Positions 19,523 to 30,694 of a stretch of 36,871 nucleotides of DNA are shown piece after piece. The DNA lies in assembly GCA_048213135.1 (NCBI GenBank), contig PS015719.1, forward strand, positions 1 to 36,871, written 5' to 3'. A program made the position numbers and the translations under genes. Position 1 is the stretch's first letter; the number at the start of each line of letters is the position of its first letter. The notes under the pieces are model-generated. The model saw nothing but the letters and a program-made list of their open reading frames with translations, was not told where the DNA came from and did no database searches. Origin of the DNA: Reclinomonas americana ATCC 50394 (lineage: Eukaryota).

Positions 19523-22500
19523 TCTCTCTGCCCTTCTCACGCCCCTCTCACACCCCACGCAGGGCATGATCCGCTCGGCAGAGGTTTTGCGTGCCGTCAC
19601 CGACGGAAGCAAGCTGCTGATCAAGTCGACGACGGCCAAGTTGGGCGATGAGGCCGACGAGGCTCCGGCGGCGACCGGTGGTGAGAGTGCTGCTGCGGGT
19701 GGCGATGACAAGGGTCGACGAAAGAAGGGTGGAGCGGCGGCGCCTGCCGGAGGAAAGAAGGGAGCAGCGGCTGGCAGTGGCAGTGGCGCTGAGTCCACCG
19801 CCGAGGCCGCGGTGGCGCCCGGTGCGTGGTCATCCGTGTGTCAGGCTCACGGTGTCGCTCGCGACGCACTCTCCGTCAGTCACGGTTTGTCGACGAGTGC
19901 TTGGTGTGTGCTGCGTGTGTGTCAGAGCACCTTATCACCACTGGCGTGTAGAGCGTGTTGCGGTGGAGTTGCGCAGCGTGGAGCCCGGCAGTGCTGCAGA
20001 AACAGTGTCGCGTGGCGGTGCATTCAGTGGAGCCGTCGTGTCGCAAGTGGCTGCGTCGTTGGCCTTCACTCTGCAGTCGCTCGCGGCGGCCTCGTACGCG
20101 CGCTTCCGTGAGCTGGTGCAACAGGGGGCGGCCGAGGCGCACGCATCTGAGCTCTTTGAGGGTCGCTTGAGCGATGTCGCGGTGCGTCGCACTCTCCGTT
20201 TCGGTGCTCATCTTTTCCTTGAAGCGACTCATGGGAACCTGTGAATGTTGTTTTGGCAGGGTTTTGTGGTGCGTTCTGCCGCCGTGGTGGAGCGCAACTT
20301 TGAGGTTGTCGGTGGTGGTGACGCGACTGAAGTTCCGCCAGCATGGCGACGTGCACTGTTGACGTCGAGCGTGACCGATGTGTTGCTGTCGGTATGCGAA
20401 GCGCGGCCGCGCTTGTCTTTTCCTCTTTATGTCGACGACTCATTCGCTTGAATGATAGGTCCTCTCGGCCGAGGCGGCGTGCTCGGTGCACATTTTGGGT
20501 GCGATGGAGAAGACGTTGCGAGACAAGGTGTTGGCGAAACTCGGCGACAGTTGCGTGTGCTGGGACCCCAACGCGCCATTGATCCACGCTAACCGCCTGC
20601 GCGCAGAGCCGGCCCCAAAGAAGCTGCCGAGTCTCGTTCTTGGCAAGGGCACTCGCCTGTATCGCGATCTCCTGGCCGAGCGCCACACCGTGCCTGCGTC
20701 GGTGTGTGTGCTTCTTGCATCCGACCATGTGTTCACCAGTCGCTGACAGTATGTTGCACAATGCACAGAACCCAGATGAGGTGCAGCAGCTGGTGCAAGC
20801 ACTCACTCTCTTCTGCGACCCGTTCGACGTGGCTCACCGACAGGCCACTCGCGAAATCGTCGAGTCGCTGACCACCACCAGCATGCGCAAGGCCAAGACA
20901 GCCAAAGTGCGCGAAGTATTCGTTGACCACTTTTGGCACGCACCAGTGTGTCTCATTACCCGCTGCAGGGCGCACGCGACTACGGACCAGCTGAGATGGC
21001 CATTCGCGAAAAGGCCTTCAACATTATCACGCGAGTGTTTAAGCGTCACGGCGCCGTCACGATCGACACGCCGGTGTTTGAGTTGAAGGAGACCCTGACT
21101 GGCAAGTACGGCGAGGACTCCAAGCTCATCTACGATTTGGCCGACCAGGGAGGCGAGCTGCTGTCGCTTCGCTACGACCTCACGGTGCGCGAGTCGTCAG
21201 CCGCTGCCTTTCTTGTTCAGCACTCACTTAATTATTGCTCGAATGTGTTCGCAGGTTCCGTTCGCCAGATACGTCGCCATGAATGGTGTGGGCTCCATCA
21301 AGCGCTACCACATTGCTCGAGTGTACCGCCGCGATCAGCCGGCCATGAACAGCGGCCGGTATCGCGAGTTCTATCAGTGTGTTGCGTCATCTTGCTGCCT
21401 GAGCATGGTGGGCACTACCTGCTTGCAGTTTCCTCATGCACGTTGCAGGACTTTGACATTGCTGGCTCGTTCTCGGCCATGCTGCCCGACGCAGAGGTGG
21501 TCAAGGTGCTCGAGGAGATTCTGAGCGAGTTGGACATTGGCTCGTTCATGATCAAGGTCAGTGCAAGTGTCCACCTCTCTCTCTTGTGAACTGTCCTCGT
21601 CGCTGATGCGTTCTTTTTTTGGTCGGGTAGATCAATCACCGCGTGCTGCTCGACGCTATGATGGCGGTGTGTGGCGTGCCAACGAACAAGTTCCGCACCA
21701 TCTGCTCCTCCATCGACAAGCTCGACAAGGTGCGATGAGACATTGCAAGTGTCTGCGCCGGTGACTCACTAACTGTCGCCGCGTGCAGAACTCGTGGGAG
21801 GAAGTGCGTGCGGAGATGGTGAACGAGAAGGGTCTGGAACCGGAGGCCGCCGACCGCATTGGCGAATTCGTGTCGCTGAAGGGTGTGTGTCTCGTGAGTG
21901 CTAGTGGATTGATTGCACACTTTTTCACCTGACTCCAAATGTGCCACAGGCAATCCGCACGAGCTGCTCGAAGTCCTCCGTGGCAACGCGCTGCTCGCAG
22001 CCAGTGCTGACGCACAGCGCGCTTTCGAGGATCTCAACAAGCTGTTTGACTACCTGCGCGCCATGGACGGCCTCAACCACGTGTCATTCGACTTGAGTTT
22101 GGCTCGTGGCCTGGACTACTACACGGGAGTCATCTACGAGGCGATGGTCACCAGTGCGTATCTACGTCGCACCACCGTACCGCATGATGGTTCTGAATTT
22201 GTGCCATTCGTGCAGCCACCGATCGTGTGGGCAGCATTGCTGGCGGCGGTCGTTACGACGGCCTGGTGGGCATGTTCCACCCGTCAGGCAAGCAGATTCC
22301 GGCCGTGGGAGCCTCGATCGGCATTGAGCGTGTGTTTGCATTGTTGGAGGAGAAGGAGAAGCAGGTGCGCGCGCGGTGTTGTGTGTGGCACATATTCCCT
22401 CGCCTGCTGGCTCATGACGTGGTGTCTCGCACAGCTTGGACTGCACGAGCAGACTCGCGCGTGCCCGTCACAGATCTATGTGGCGACTATTGGCAAGGGT

Positions 22501-22912
22501 CTGATGGAGGCCCGCCTGGCCATCGCCAGCGAATTGTGGCGTGCCGGTCTGCCAACGTCGTACTCCTATGCCGAGAATCCCAACATCAAGAAGCAGCTGG
22601 ATTCGGTGCTGGAAGATGCCATTCCGTTTGTCGTGGTGCTGGGTGAAGACGAAGAGAAGGCTGGTGTGGTCAAGGTGCGCGATTGTTTCCTCTTGTGTGT
22701 GTACGACGATAGCATACCGTCTTGCCGTATTGTGCTCACTGTGCTGCTGTGTGCAGGTAAAGGACATGGCGCTGCGAACGGAGGAGACGGTTTCGCGGGC
22801 GGACATGGTCGCCCACTTGCAGCTGTTGTGCGCGAGACCACCCATCCCGGTGGTTCCACAGCCAGCTGGTGAGGGTTCGGCTGGCGAGGGCAGCGGCTCG
22901 TCGTCACAATGA
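17419..22912 (+). CDS. HARS: Cytosolic histidyl-tRNA synthetase with N-terminal histidine-ammonia-lyase-like domain
   Basis: HisRS core: [57 protein letters not shown]...[53 protein letters not shown], then an anticodon domain and TGA 22910-22912. Upstream exons match HAL/PAL segments (VRGLLLVRA...HSGVS...[39 protein letters not shown]). An N gap at 18540-19452 lies inside the N-terminal domain. Confidence 0.93.
18540..19452. other. Assembly gap (913 N)
   Basis: Run of N. Confidence 1.
19479..19529. repeat. (TC)n microsatellite in a HisRS intron
   Basis: TC run upstream of the cacgcag acceptor near 19562. Confidence 0.9.
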
Positions 22913-23036
22913 TGCGGCAAAAGTCAATTTGGTAGAGTGAGAGCAAGAAAAGAGAAAGACTGAGTTTGGAATACACATGATTAACAATCCATTCATTAGC
23001 TTGCGTTTGTTGTTCTCCGTCGCCCGACTCGCAAAA

Positions 23037-26000
23037 CTATCGGGTATCCCAGTCGCCCCACGCCCGTGCCACTAACCGGCGCTGACTTTCGCGAACTAGT
23101 TGCGTGCTTCGCGGGTTCACCGTCGGTCGGAAAGACGGCGTGATATTGGCGTAGCGCATAGTGTCGTCGGACACTCGTGGTGGTTCCGGATTGGCGGGGT
23201 CGCCCTTGGCAAAGTACAAGCGATCCACAATGTTGGCAATCTCGCGTTGCGAGCGCACCACTGGCGGCGATACGCGACCGCTAGCGGTCGGAGACGTATC
23301 CCGCACCGATGTCAGCGACGGCACGCGTGGCCGGCGCTGCACCGAGTCTCCGCTTGCCGAGCCCATCGAGGCAGCTGAAGACGACAGGCCGCTCTCTGGT
23401 GGCCGCAGCTGCAAATGGAATGGAACAATCTGCGGCGTCTCTGCCGAGCTGGCGCCACCGGACTGGGCGGCGGCATGTCCATTCGCAGCTCCAGGTTGGA
23501 ACAGACGATGCTCGTACTCCGTGGCCGACCCAATACCGCTGCTGGGTGTGGCACCACGCTGTCGGGAATTGGGGGTGACAGAGCGGCGGCCGGCACGCAC
23601 ACCGGGCGATGGTGAACGCGACGAGGCCACAACGCGGTGGCGCAAGAAGCTCTCAATGGCCCCGCTGCTGGCCTCGATGCTCTCCAGTGCACGCTGTCGC
23701 TCCTCTTCGCTCCGCATACTCGGCTCTTGCGGCGGCTTGTACAGACGCTCCACCACCTACGCACACACTCGGTCAAACAATGCACTCTCACAGTCTTGTC
23801 CTTTGTCGCCACGTACCGGTGTTCCTGCATTCCGCCGCTGCGCGAGTCGCTGAGACTTTTGATTAATGTCAGGCGACGGCCTTCGCTCCTTCTCTGCCTC
23901 CTTCTGCGTCCGCTCCGCCAGCTTTCCGCGATGCTCCTCCACGCCCTTGGCCCAGTTCTCCAGGTCCTCCAAGCCACGCTGCAGCTTCTTCGACTTGTCG
24001 TTGATGTCGGGAGTGAATGTCAACTCCTTGTCGGTCTGGCTCTTGACCAGCGCAGCCGTCTGTTGTAGCGCTGCTTCGCGTGCTCGCAAAAACGCCTCCT
24101 GCCGCGCCAACAGGCTGCCGCTCTTGCGCTGCGACAGCAGCTGCACGCTCTTGGCGCTGATCTTGGGCGAAAAAGTGGTCTCTGCTGCCTCGCGCGCCTC
24201 CAGATCGGCACGCAGCTCAGACACACGCTGCTCACGGCGGGCGAGGAACTCGCGCTGTCGCTGTTGGAGCGACATGCGACGAGCTCCGTTGGGGATCTGA
24301 GACATCTTGCGATCCATGATGGCGCGACTGCGCGGTGCCATTTGCCAATGCTCAGGCTCACCCCGCTCGGCACAATGCTCGTGAGCTGCAACACACCTCA
24401 GCACACAAGCAGTACTGGCGAGAAAGAGAAGAAGAGTCCGCGAAAGCATACCGTGCTGATGCAGGTGGTGCTGACGATCGTGTTCCGCCTTGGCGTCGTC
24501 GTGCACGTCCGCATCCGCCTCCTCCTTGTGGTTGGCAGAGGCCTGACTGTGGCGACCCGAGCGCCGACCAGGGGACGACTGACGCGACCAGCCAGTCACA
24601 CTCGAAGCACGGGTGCTTCGGCGGCGACCACTGCTGCCAGGCGTTGCCGACGCAGTGCCACCACCANNNNNNNNNNNNNNNNNNNNNNNNNNNNNNNNNN
24701 NNNNNNNNNNNNNNNNNNNNNNNNNNNNNNNNNNNNNNNNNNNNNNNNNNNNNNNNNNNNNNNNNNNNNNNNNNNNNNNNNNNNNNNNNNNNNNNNNNNN
24801 NNNNNNNNNNNNNNNNNNNNNNNNNNNNNNNNNNNNNNNNNNNNNNNNNNNNNNNNNNNNNNNNNNNNNNNNNNNNNNNNNNNNNNNNNNNNNNNNNNNN
24901 NNNNNNNNNNNNNNNNNNNNNNNNNNNNNNNNNNNNNNNNNNNNNNNNNNNNNNNNNNNNNNNNNNNNNNNNNNNNNNNNNNNNNNNNNNNNNNNNNNNN
25001 NNNNNNNNNNNNNNNNNNNNNNNNNNNNNNNNNNNNNNNNNNNNNNNNNNNNNNNNNNNNNNNNNNNNNNNNNNNNNNNNNNNNNNNNNNNNNNNNNNNN
25101 NNNNNNNNNNNNNNNNNNNNNNNNNNNNNNNNNNNNNNNNNNNNNNNNNNNNNNNNNNNNNNNNNNNNNNNNNNNNNNNNNNNNNNNNNNNNNNNNNNNN
25201 NNNNNNNNNNNNNNNNNNNNNNNNNNNNNNNNNNNNNNNNNNNNNNNNNNNNNNNNNNNNNNNNNNNNNNNNNNNNNNNNNNNNNNNNNNNNNNNNNNNN
25301 NNNNNNNNNNNNNNNNNNNNNNNNNNNNNGTTCTGCGCCACCGATGGCGGCGCCTGAGTAGGCGGCGGTGGTGGCTGTCGCGGCTGACGGGCTGGCGGCA
25401 GCGGATCACCCGGTCGCAGGGGCAGGCGCGTAGCATTGGTCACCAATCGCATGGTGGCCTCGGCGTCCGCCGCCGACAACGCATCCACGCCCTTGGCCTC
25501 CACCGCCAAGCGTGTCACCTGACGCGCCAGGTGTCGTCGCCAACACCGCTGAATCACAGTGGCGGCGTAACTCTCCACAGCTGCGACAGCAATCAAAATA
25601 TACACAAAATCAGCAGGTGAAGGGGGAAGCAATCGAACAGTGTGTAGCAAGACTGACAACGCAACAGTGGAACCACTGCATGGCAAAGCGATCGAGCACT
25701 CGTCGCCATGCGCGTTGTATTCTGCGAGCTGCGCTCACTCGACGAGCGTGGTGCGCCAGCCAGGCCATCTGGATGGTGCATGCTGCACCTTGCTCTCGCG
25801 CCTCTTGCAGGGCGTGCTGTTGCTGCTCGGCAAGCTTCTTGCGAGCAATGAATCCTCTGTTCAAAACAGTGATATGATTCAGCGGGCTGTGCGTTGACCG
25901 ACACACAAAAAACACTGTACCTCCACGCCGACTGAATGAGAATGGCGGCACCACGGAGGAACCAGCAGAACGAGCGGGCGCGGTTGGTGAAGGTGTAGGC

Positions 26001-29000
26001 CCGAATCGACCGCTGCAGAATGCCAGCTGCACGCTGGTACACCACCGCCGCTGCCTGACACAGTTTCGTGTACAGTTCCGGCTGCAGCGCCACCGACTGA
26101 TTGCCAATGATCCACTCGCCACGCGGTGCGTGCGTCTGCAACAACAGCTCGCACAGCTTCTTGGAGAACAGGCGTCGCACCACCTCCTGCACGACGGCTC
26201 CGTCCGAGAACGTCGAGTCGGCATCGTGCGATTCCTGCGCGAACGCCACTGGTGAGTCTTGATATGCGGTTCTCCCTCCCCACTCGCCGCGGTCGCAACT
26301 GCCACACGCTCGCAGCCACGGCGAAGACTTCGTCGAGCCGTGTGCTCAATCAGACCTCCACCCAACTGCTCCGAAAAGGCCGACAGCGGCACAAACACCG
26401 TGCGCAAAAAGTGTCGCAGATGCAGGATCGATCGGAGAGCCGAGCAGCCGGGTGCCGACACGAGCTGCACGTTGTCAGCGTAAGATTACACAGAAACGCA
26501 CACGCCAACATGGACAGGTGTGACTCACATCGCCGCACAACGCATTAAAGTATGACACATCGGCACCGCCAAGAAGCGACATCTCGAGTGCCACAGTTCC
26601 GTATGCTGAGCACACCACCCAAAGTCAGCACGAACACAAANNNNNNNNNNNNNNNNNNNNNNNNNNNNNNNNNNNNNNNNNNNNNNNNNNNNNNNNNNNN
26701 NNNNNNNNNNNNNNNNNNNNNNNNNNNNNNNNNNNNNNNNNNNNNNNNNNNNNNNNNNNNNNNNNNNNNNNNNNNNNNNNNNNNNNNNNNNNNNNNNNNN
26801 NNNNNNNNNNNNNNNNNNNNNNNNNNNNNNNNNNNNNNNNNNNNNNNNNNNNNNNNNNNNNNNNNNNNNNNNNNNNNNNNNNNNNNNNNNNNNNNNNNNN
26901 NNNNNNNNNNNNNNNNNNNNNNNNNNNNNNNNNNNNNNNNNNNNNNNNNNNNNNNNNNNNNNNNNNNNNNNNNNNNNNNNNNNNNNNNNNNNNNNNNNNN
27001 NNNNNNNNNNNNNNNNNNNNNNNNNNNNNNNNNNNNNNNNNNNNNNNNNNNNNNNNNNNNNNNNNNNNNNNNNNNNNNNNNNNNNNNNNNNNNNNNNNNN
27101 NNNNNNNNNNNNNNNNNNNNNNNNNNNNNNNNNNNNNNNNNNNNNNNNNNNNNNNNNNNNNNNNNNNNNNNNNNNNNNNNNNNNNNNNNNNNNNNNNNNN
27201 NNNNNNNNNNNNNNNNNNNNNNNNNNNNNNNNNNNNNNNNNNNNNNNNNNNNNNNNNNNNNNNNNNNNNNNNNNNNNNNNNNNNNNNNNNNNNNNNNNNN
27301 NNNNNNNNNNNNNNNNNNNNNNNNNNNNNNNNNNNNNNNNNNNNNNNNNNNNNNNNNNNNNNNNNNNNNNNNNNNNNNNNNNNNNNNNNNNNNNNNNNNN
27401 NNNNNNNNNNNNNNNNNNNNNNNNNNNNNNNNNNNNNNNNNNNNNNNNNNNNNNNNNNNNNNNNNNNNNNNNNNNNNNNNNNNNNNNNNNNNNNNNNNNN
27501 NNNNNNNNNNNNNNNNNNNNNNNNNNNNNNNNNNNNNNNNNNNNNNNNNNNNNATGGGAAAAGTGAAATCGCGCTGCGCGCACCCCAGGATGGCTGGCTT
27601 GCATTTCCAGGTAGGTTCCGTCGCCAGACATGGAGAACGACGATTGCACGTGCAACTGGCCGCCGGCACATACCACGCGCTTCAGCTGGCACAGAGTAGA
27701 GACAAATGCCGAGAAGCTGTGGGATGAACTGTGCGAGTGCATCGTCACTGCGGAAGAATAAAGGGGTGAGCCAGCCAGGCACACACACGCACGCATGGTT
27801 GCGAAGGGTACACAACTCGTACACGGGAGTCCTTCAGGGCTGAGTGTGCGCATGTACATGTCCATGGCATCCCGAGTGCACGAACTCAGGCGCGCAGAGA
27901 ACGACGAGTCGGAGAAGCGAATGCCCTCGTCACCGTATCGCTGGTACACCGAATCCACAACTTGTCCCAACATCCACGAGTGCATCAAGTGCGAAGTAAC
28001 AAACAACGGCACCGCGGCTGGCGACAGTGGAGTCGGTGCGTCTGCGGAGGCCTGATCGGCGGCAGTGGACGACTTGCTGGCATACGCAAAGTTCTCGGGC
28101 ATCGACAGGAAGCTCAACACAGGCTGGTCGTCGGCCGCGTTGGGGCCGACAAGCTTGCTGTTGATCTGCTCCACCAGCCACGACATGGTTGACAAGACAC
28201 CACGGCGCACAAGCGCGTCAAACATGTCCTCCAGGCGACGACCGCAAGCGTGACCCTCTGCAACAAACAGGCGTGAGTTTTCACTCAGTTGACGATGACC
28301 ATGGTGAGTGTGCTGCGTACCTCGAGCCGCCGTCTCCAGACGATCGAGAATAAACTCGGCTAATGTGCCGCCACTTGCAATCTGCGGAATGGATGCAAAG
28401 GTTGGCACGCAGAAGCACACAGGGAAATGCAGGAGGAGCAGACGCACCGTATTCTCCACGGCCACCGTCGAAAGACCGGCGTCCAGCACCTCCTTGGCGC
28501 ACTCTGGATCCGACAGCAGCACGTGTAGCACGTAGCGATCGAGATCCAGACCCGAAAAGTGGCAGGCACACTTGACCAGCATGCTGAGATCGGAAAAGAC
28601 AAAGGTGCTGTTGGTGAGCACGCCGTCGCGGTTCACCAGTAGCGCATCGCGAGACGTCAGCGACGGGCCACGCGAGCTGTAGCACGACAGGGCGATGAGG
28701 CCAGCCAAGTGTCGCAGCACGCCGTGCGTTTGTTCCGGAGACAGGAAACGGGAAATGAGCTTGAGCAGTCGCGGCCACGACTGCACGTCGGATGACAGCT
28801 GGTCCGCCGCTGCGCCAGCACACCAACACATCAGCGACCTGAAGGGGAAGGGGGAGAGGGGAGAGGAAAAGAAGAGAGCAAACCATGACTGTCGATCTTG
28901 GCGAAATGCTGCAAGAACGGCAGGTAGGTGTTGCGGTGCTCGACAGGCGACGTCAAAATAAAGTTGAGCACCGACAGGCGACGAAGTTCGGTGCGCGAGA

Positions 29001-30577
29001 AATCCAAAAACTGCCCCTCGCAGCTCGTGAGTTCGTGAAACGGCACACAATACGTGCAAGAGAAGTTGTCGCACCTGACTAACAACAGAGTAGTGAAGCA
29101 CAAAACGAGAGGCATGATCGCCCTCGTCGAAATAAATGTCCAGTCGCACGCCAGGAATCACCGACGGCGAGGCGGTGGTGCGCAGATGCGGGACGCCGAT
29201 ATTTACAGCACCGGCATCCGCCAGCGTGCTGGGCGGTGGCACGAAGTAGCGCAGCAACTCCCAGGCGTTCAGGAGACGCTCTGGATCCGGACCGAGTGCG
29301 TCGTGACTGATGTGCACACGCAGTCGTCAGCACACCCGATGTGCAGAGAGGCAATCACATGTGAGACGCAACGGATGCACTGGGGCGCCGTACAATCTCT
29401 GTCGCAACCACGACGGCGTGGCGGCACCGGGAGAGTGAAAGCGCGACGGATGTATGCCGGAGCGCACCGGCGATCCATCAATGTCGGGAACATGCGTACT
29501 GGCGAGCAGCGAGATCAACTCGGACATTAGCTGCTGCTTGGCGTGATCGCTCGGCCCGTTGAGCACCATCAGGTGCGACGTGCGATGTTGCGTGACCAGC
29601 AGCAGGCCTGCAGCAACAAAAGGGGAGATGTCGGCGAGCCGATAAAGGAGACCAGGGGAAAACTTACAACAGACCGTCAATCAGCATCTGCTTGGCGGTG
29701 CGATACAGGCCCCTGCTGCCCCACGGCAACGCCAGTCGCGACATCGGAACCGCATGTGCAAAGAGGGCCTCCTCGTCGTCCTCTCCCTCGCCGCCCGCCC
29801 CACTCCTATTCACACGATGCAGACGCAGGTACTGATGCAAATCCTCATCATCGCCGTCCACCGACGGCACCGCCGGCACCTGCAACGACAACGAATACCT
29901 ATGCGCGATCCCGCTCATTCTCAGGAGCCACACAAGGGTAAAAACACAGCAGGAGAGAAACGCACCCTCCACGTCTCTCCGTGACGCGCGACGCTGATGA
30001 TCTCGAGGTTGTCGTCGTCGTGGTCGAATCCAGCTGCAACATGCGCTCTGTCAATGGCGCAGCCACGGCAGTCACACTCGAGTCCTCCTCATCGCGCAGC
30101 ACCGGCACCATCGACGATTCGCTCTCCGCCAGACTGCGCAACACACACGACGCGAGCAGCGGTGCTCTCTGCAACTGCAAATGGTCCGCACCACACCACA
30201 GACGAACACAAGAGAGAGCGAGAGACAGAGAGAGAAGGTGTCAACATCAACCCACACTGTGTCACGCACACGCGCGACGTGGAGAGAGAGACAGACCTGT
30301 GCATGTGAGACATCGACCAGAGCCGCCACAGAAGTGGTATCGCGATCATCGGACTCGAACGGAATCACCGCCAAGTGCGGCAACTGCACATCCATCACTA
30401 CTCCCCCCCGCACACAGTATGAGTGCACACACGAGCAGCGCAAGAGAGTGCATGAGACAGACCGCGAGCGCCGTGCACATCGGTTCTCCGCACACGCACT
30501 TGCACCCATCGATCCTCACTGCTCACAATCACACCCTGCACCCACTCGCCACCACGTACACACGCCCAACAGCGCAT
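23037..30577 (-). CDS. Highly divergent myosin-like protein: SH3-like N-terminus, degenerate motor, ~5 IQ motifs, Pro-rich linker and repeat-containing tail
   Basis: Myosin landmarks appear in the correct order: MRCWACVRGGEWVQGVIVSS (SH3-like); HLMVLNGPSDHAKQ (P-loop position); PERLLNAWELLRYF; GVRLDIYFD; LSPEQTHGVLRHLAGLIAL; MFDALVRR...MSWLVEQINSKL; YQRYGDEGIRF; FHFSH/AYGTV; GEWIIGNQSVAL (converter); IQ motifs LIQSAWRGFIARK, TIQMAWLAHHARR, RIQRAWRR, VIQRCWRRHLAR. Stop TAG at 23037-23039. Linkage of the tail (23037-24666) across gap 24667-25329 is inferred. Confidence 0.72.
24667..25329. other. Assembly gap (663 N)
   Basis: Run of N. Confidence 1.
26641..27553. other. Assembly gap (913 N)
   Basis: Run of N. 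Confidence 1.
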
Positions 30578-30694
30578 TCGCGGAGAGAGGCAGAGAGAGA
30601 GAGTGTGATTGTGGAAGCACCGTTGTGGGTTACCTTACACGGAGGAATGTTCGTGAAAGGACCGCGGTAACCCACTGCCAAACATCAATCACGC

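Noticed and set aside
18014-19798. Very long ORFs containing X runs (also 23757-25436 and 26525-29317)
   Set aside because: Their lengths are artefacts of translating through N gaps; only the non-N parts were used
7246-22912. Functional gene cluster linking DERA, HisRS and neighbours
   Set aside because: No shared pathway among the nine genes; adjacency is explained by genome compaction
18540-27553. Two gaps of identical length (913 N) that might hide a repeated element
   Set aside because: More likely a scaffolder size estimate; flanking protein alignments suggest little coding sequence is missing and no element ends are visible
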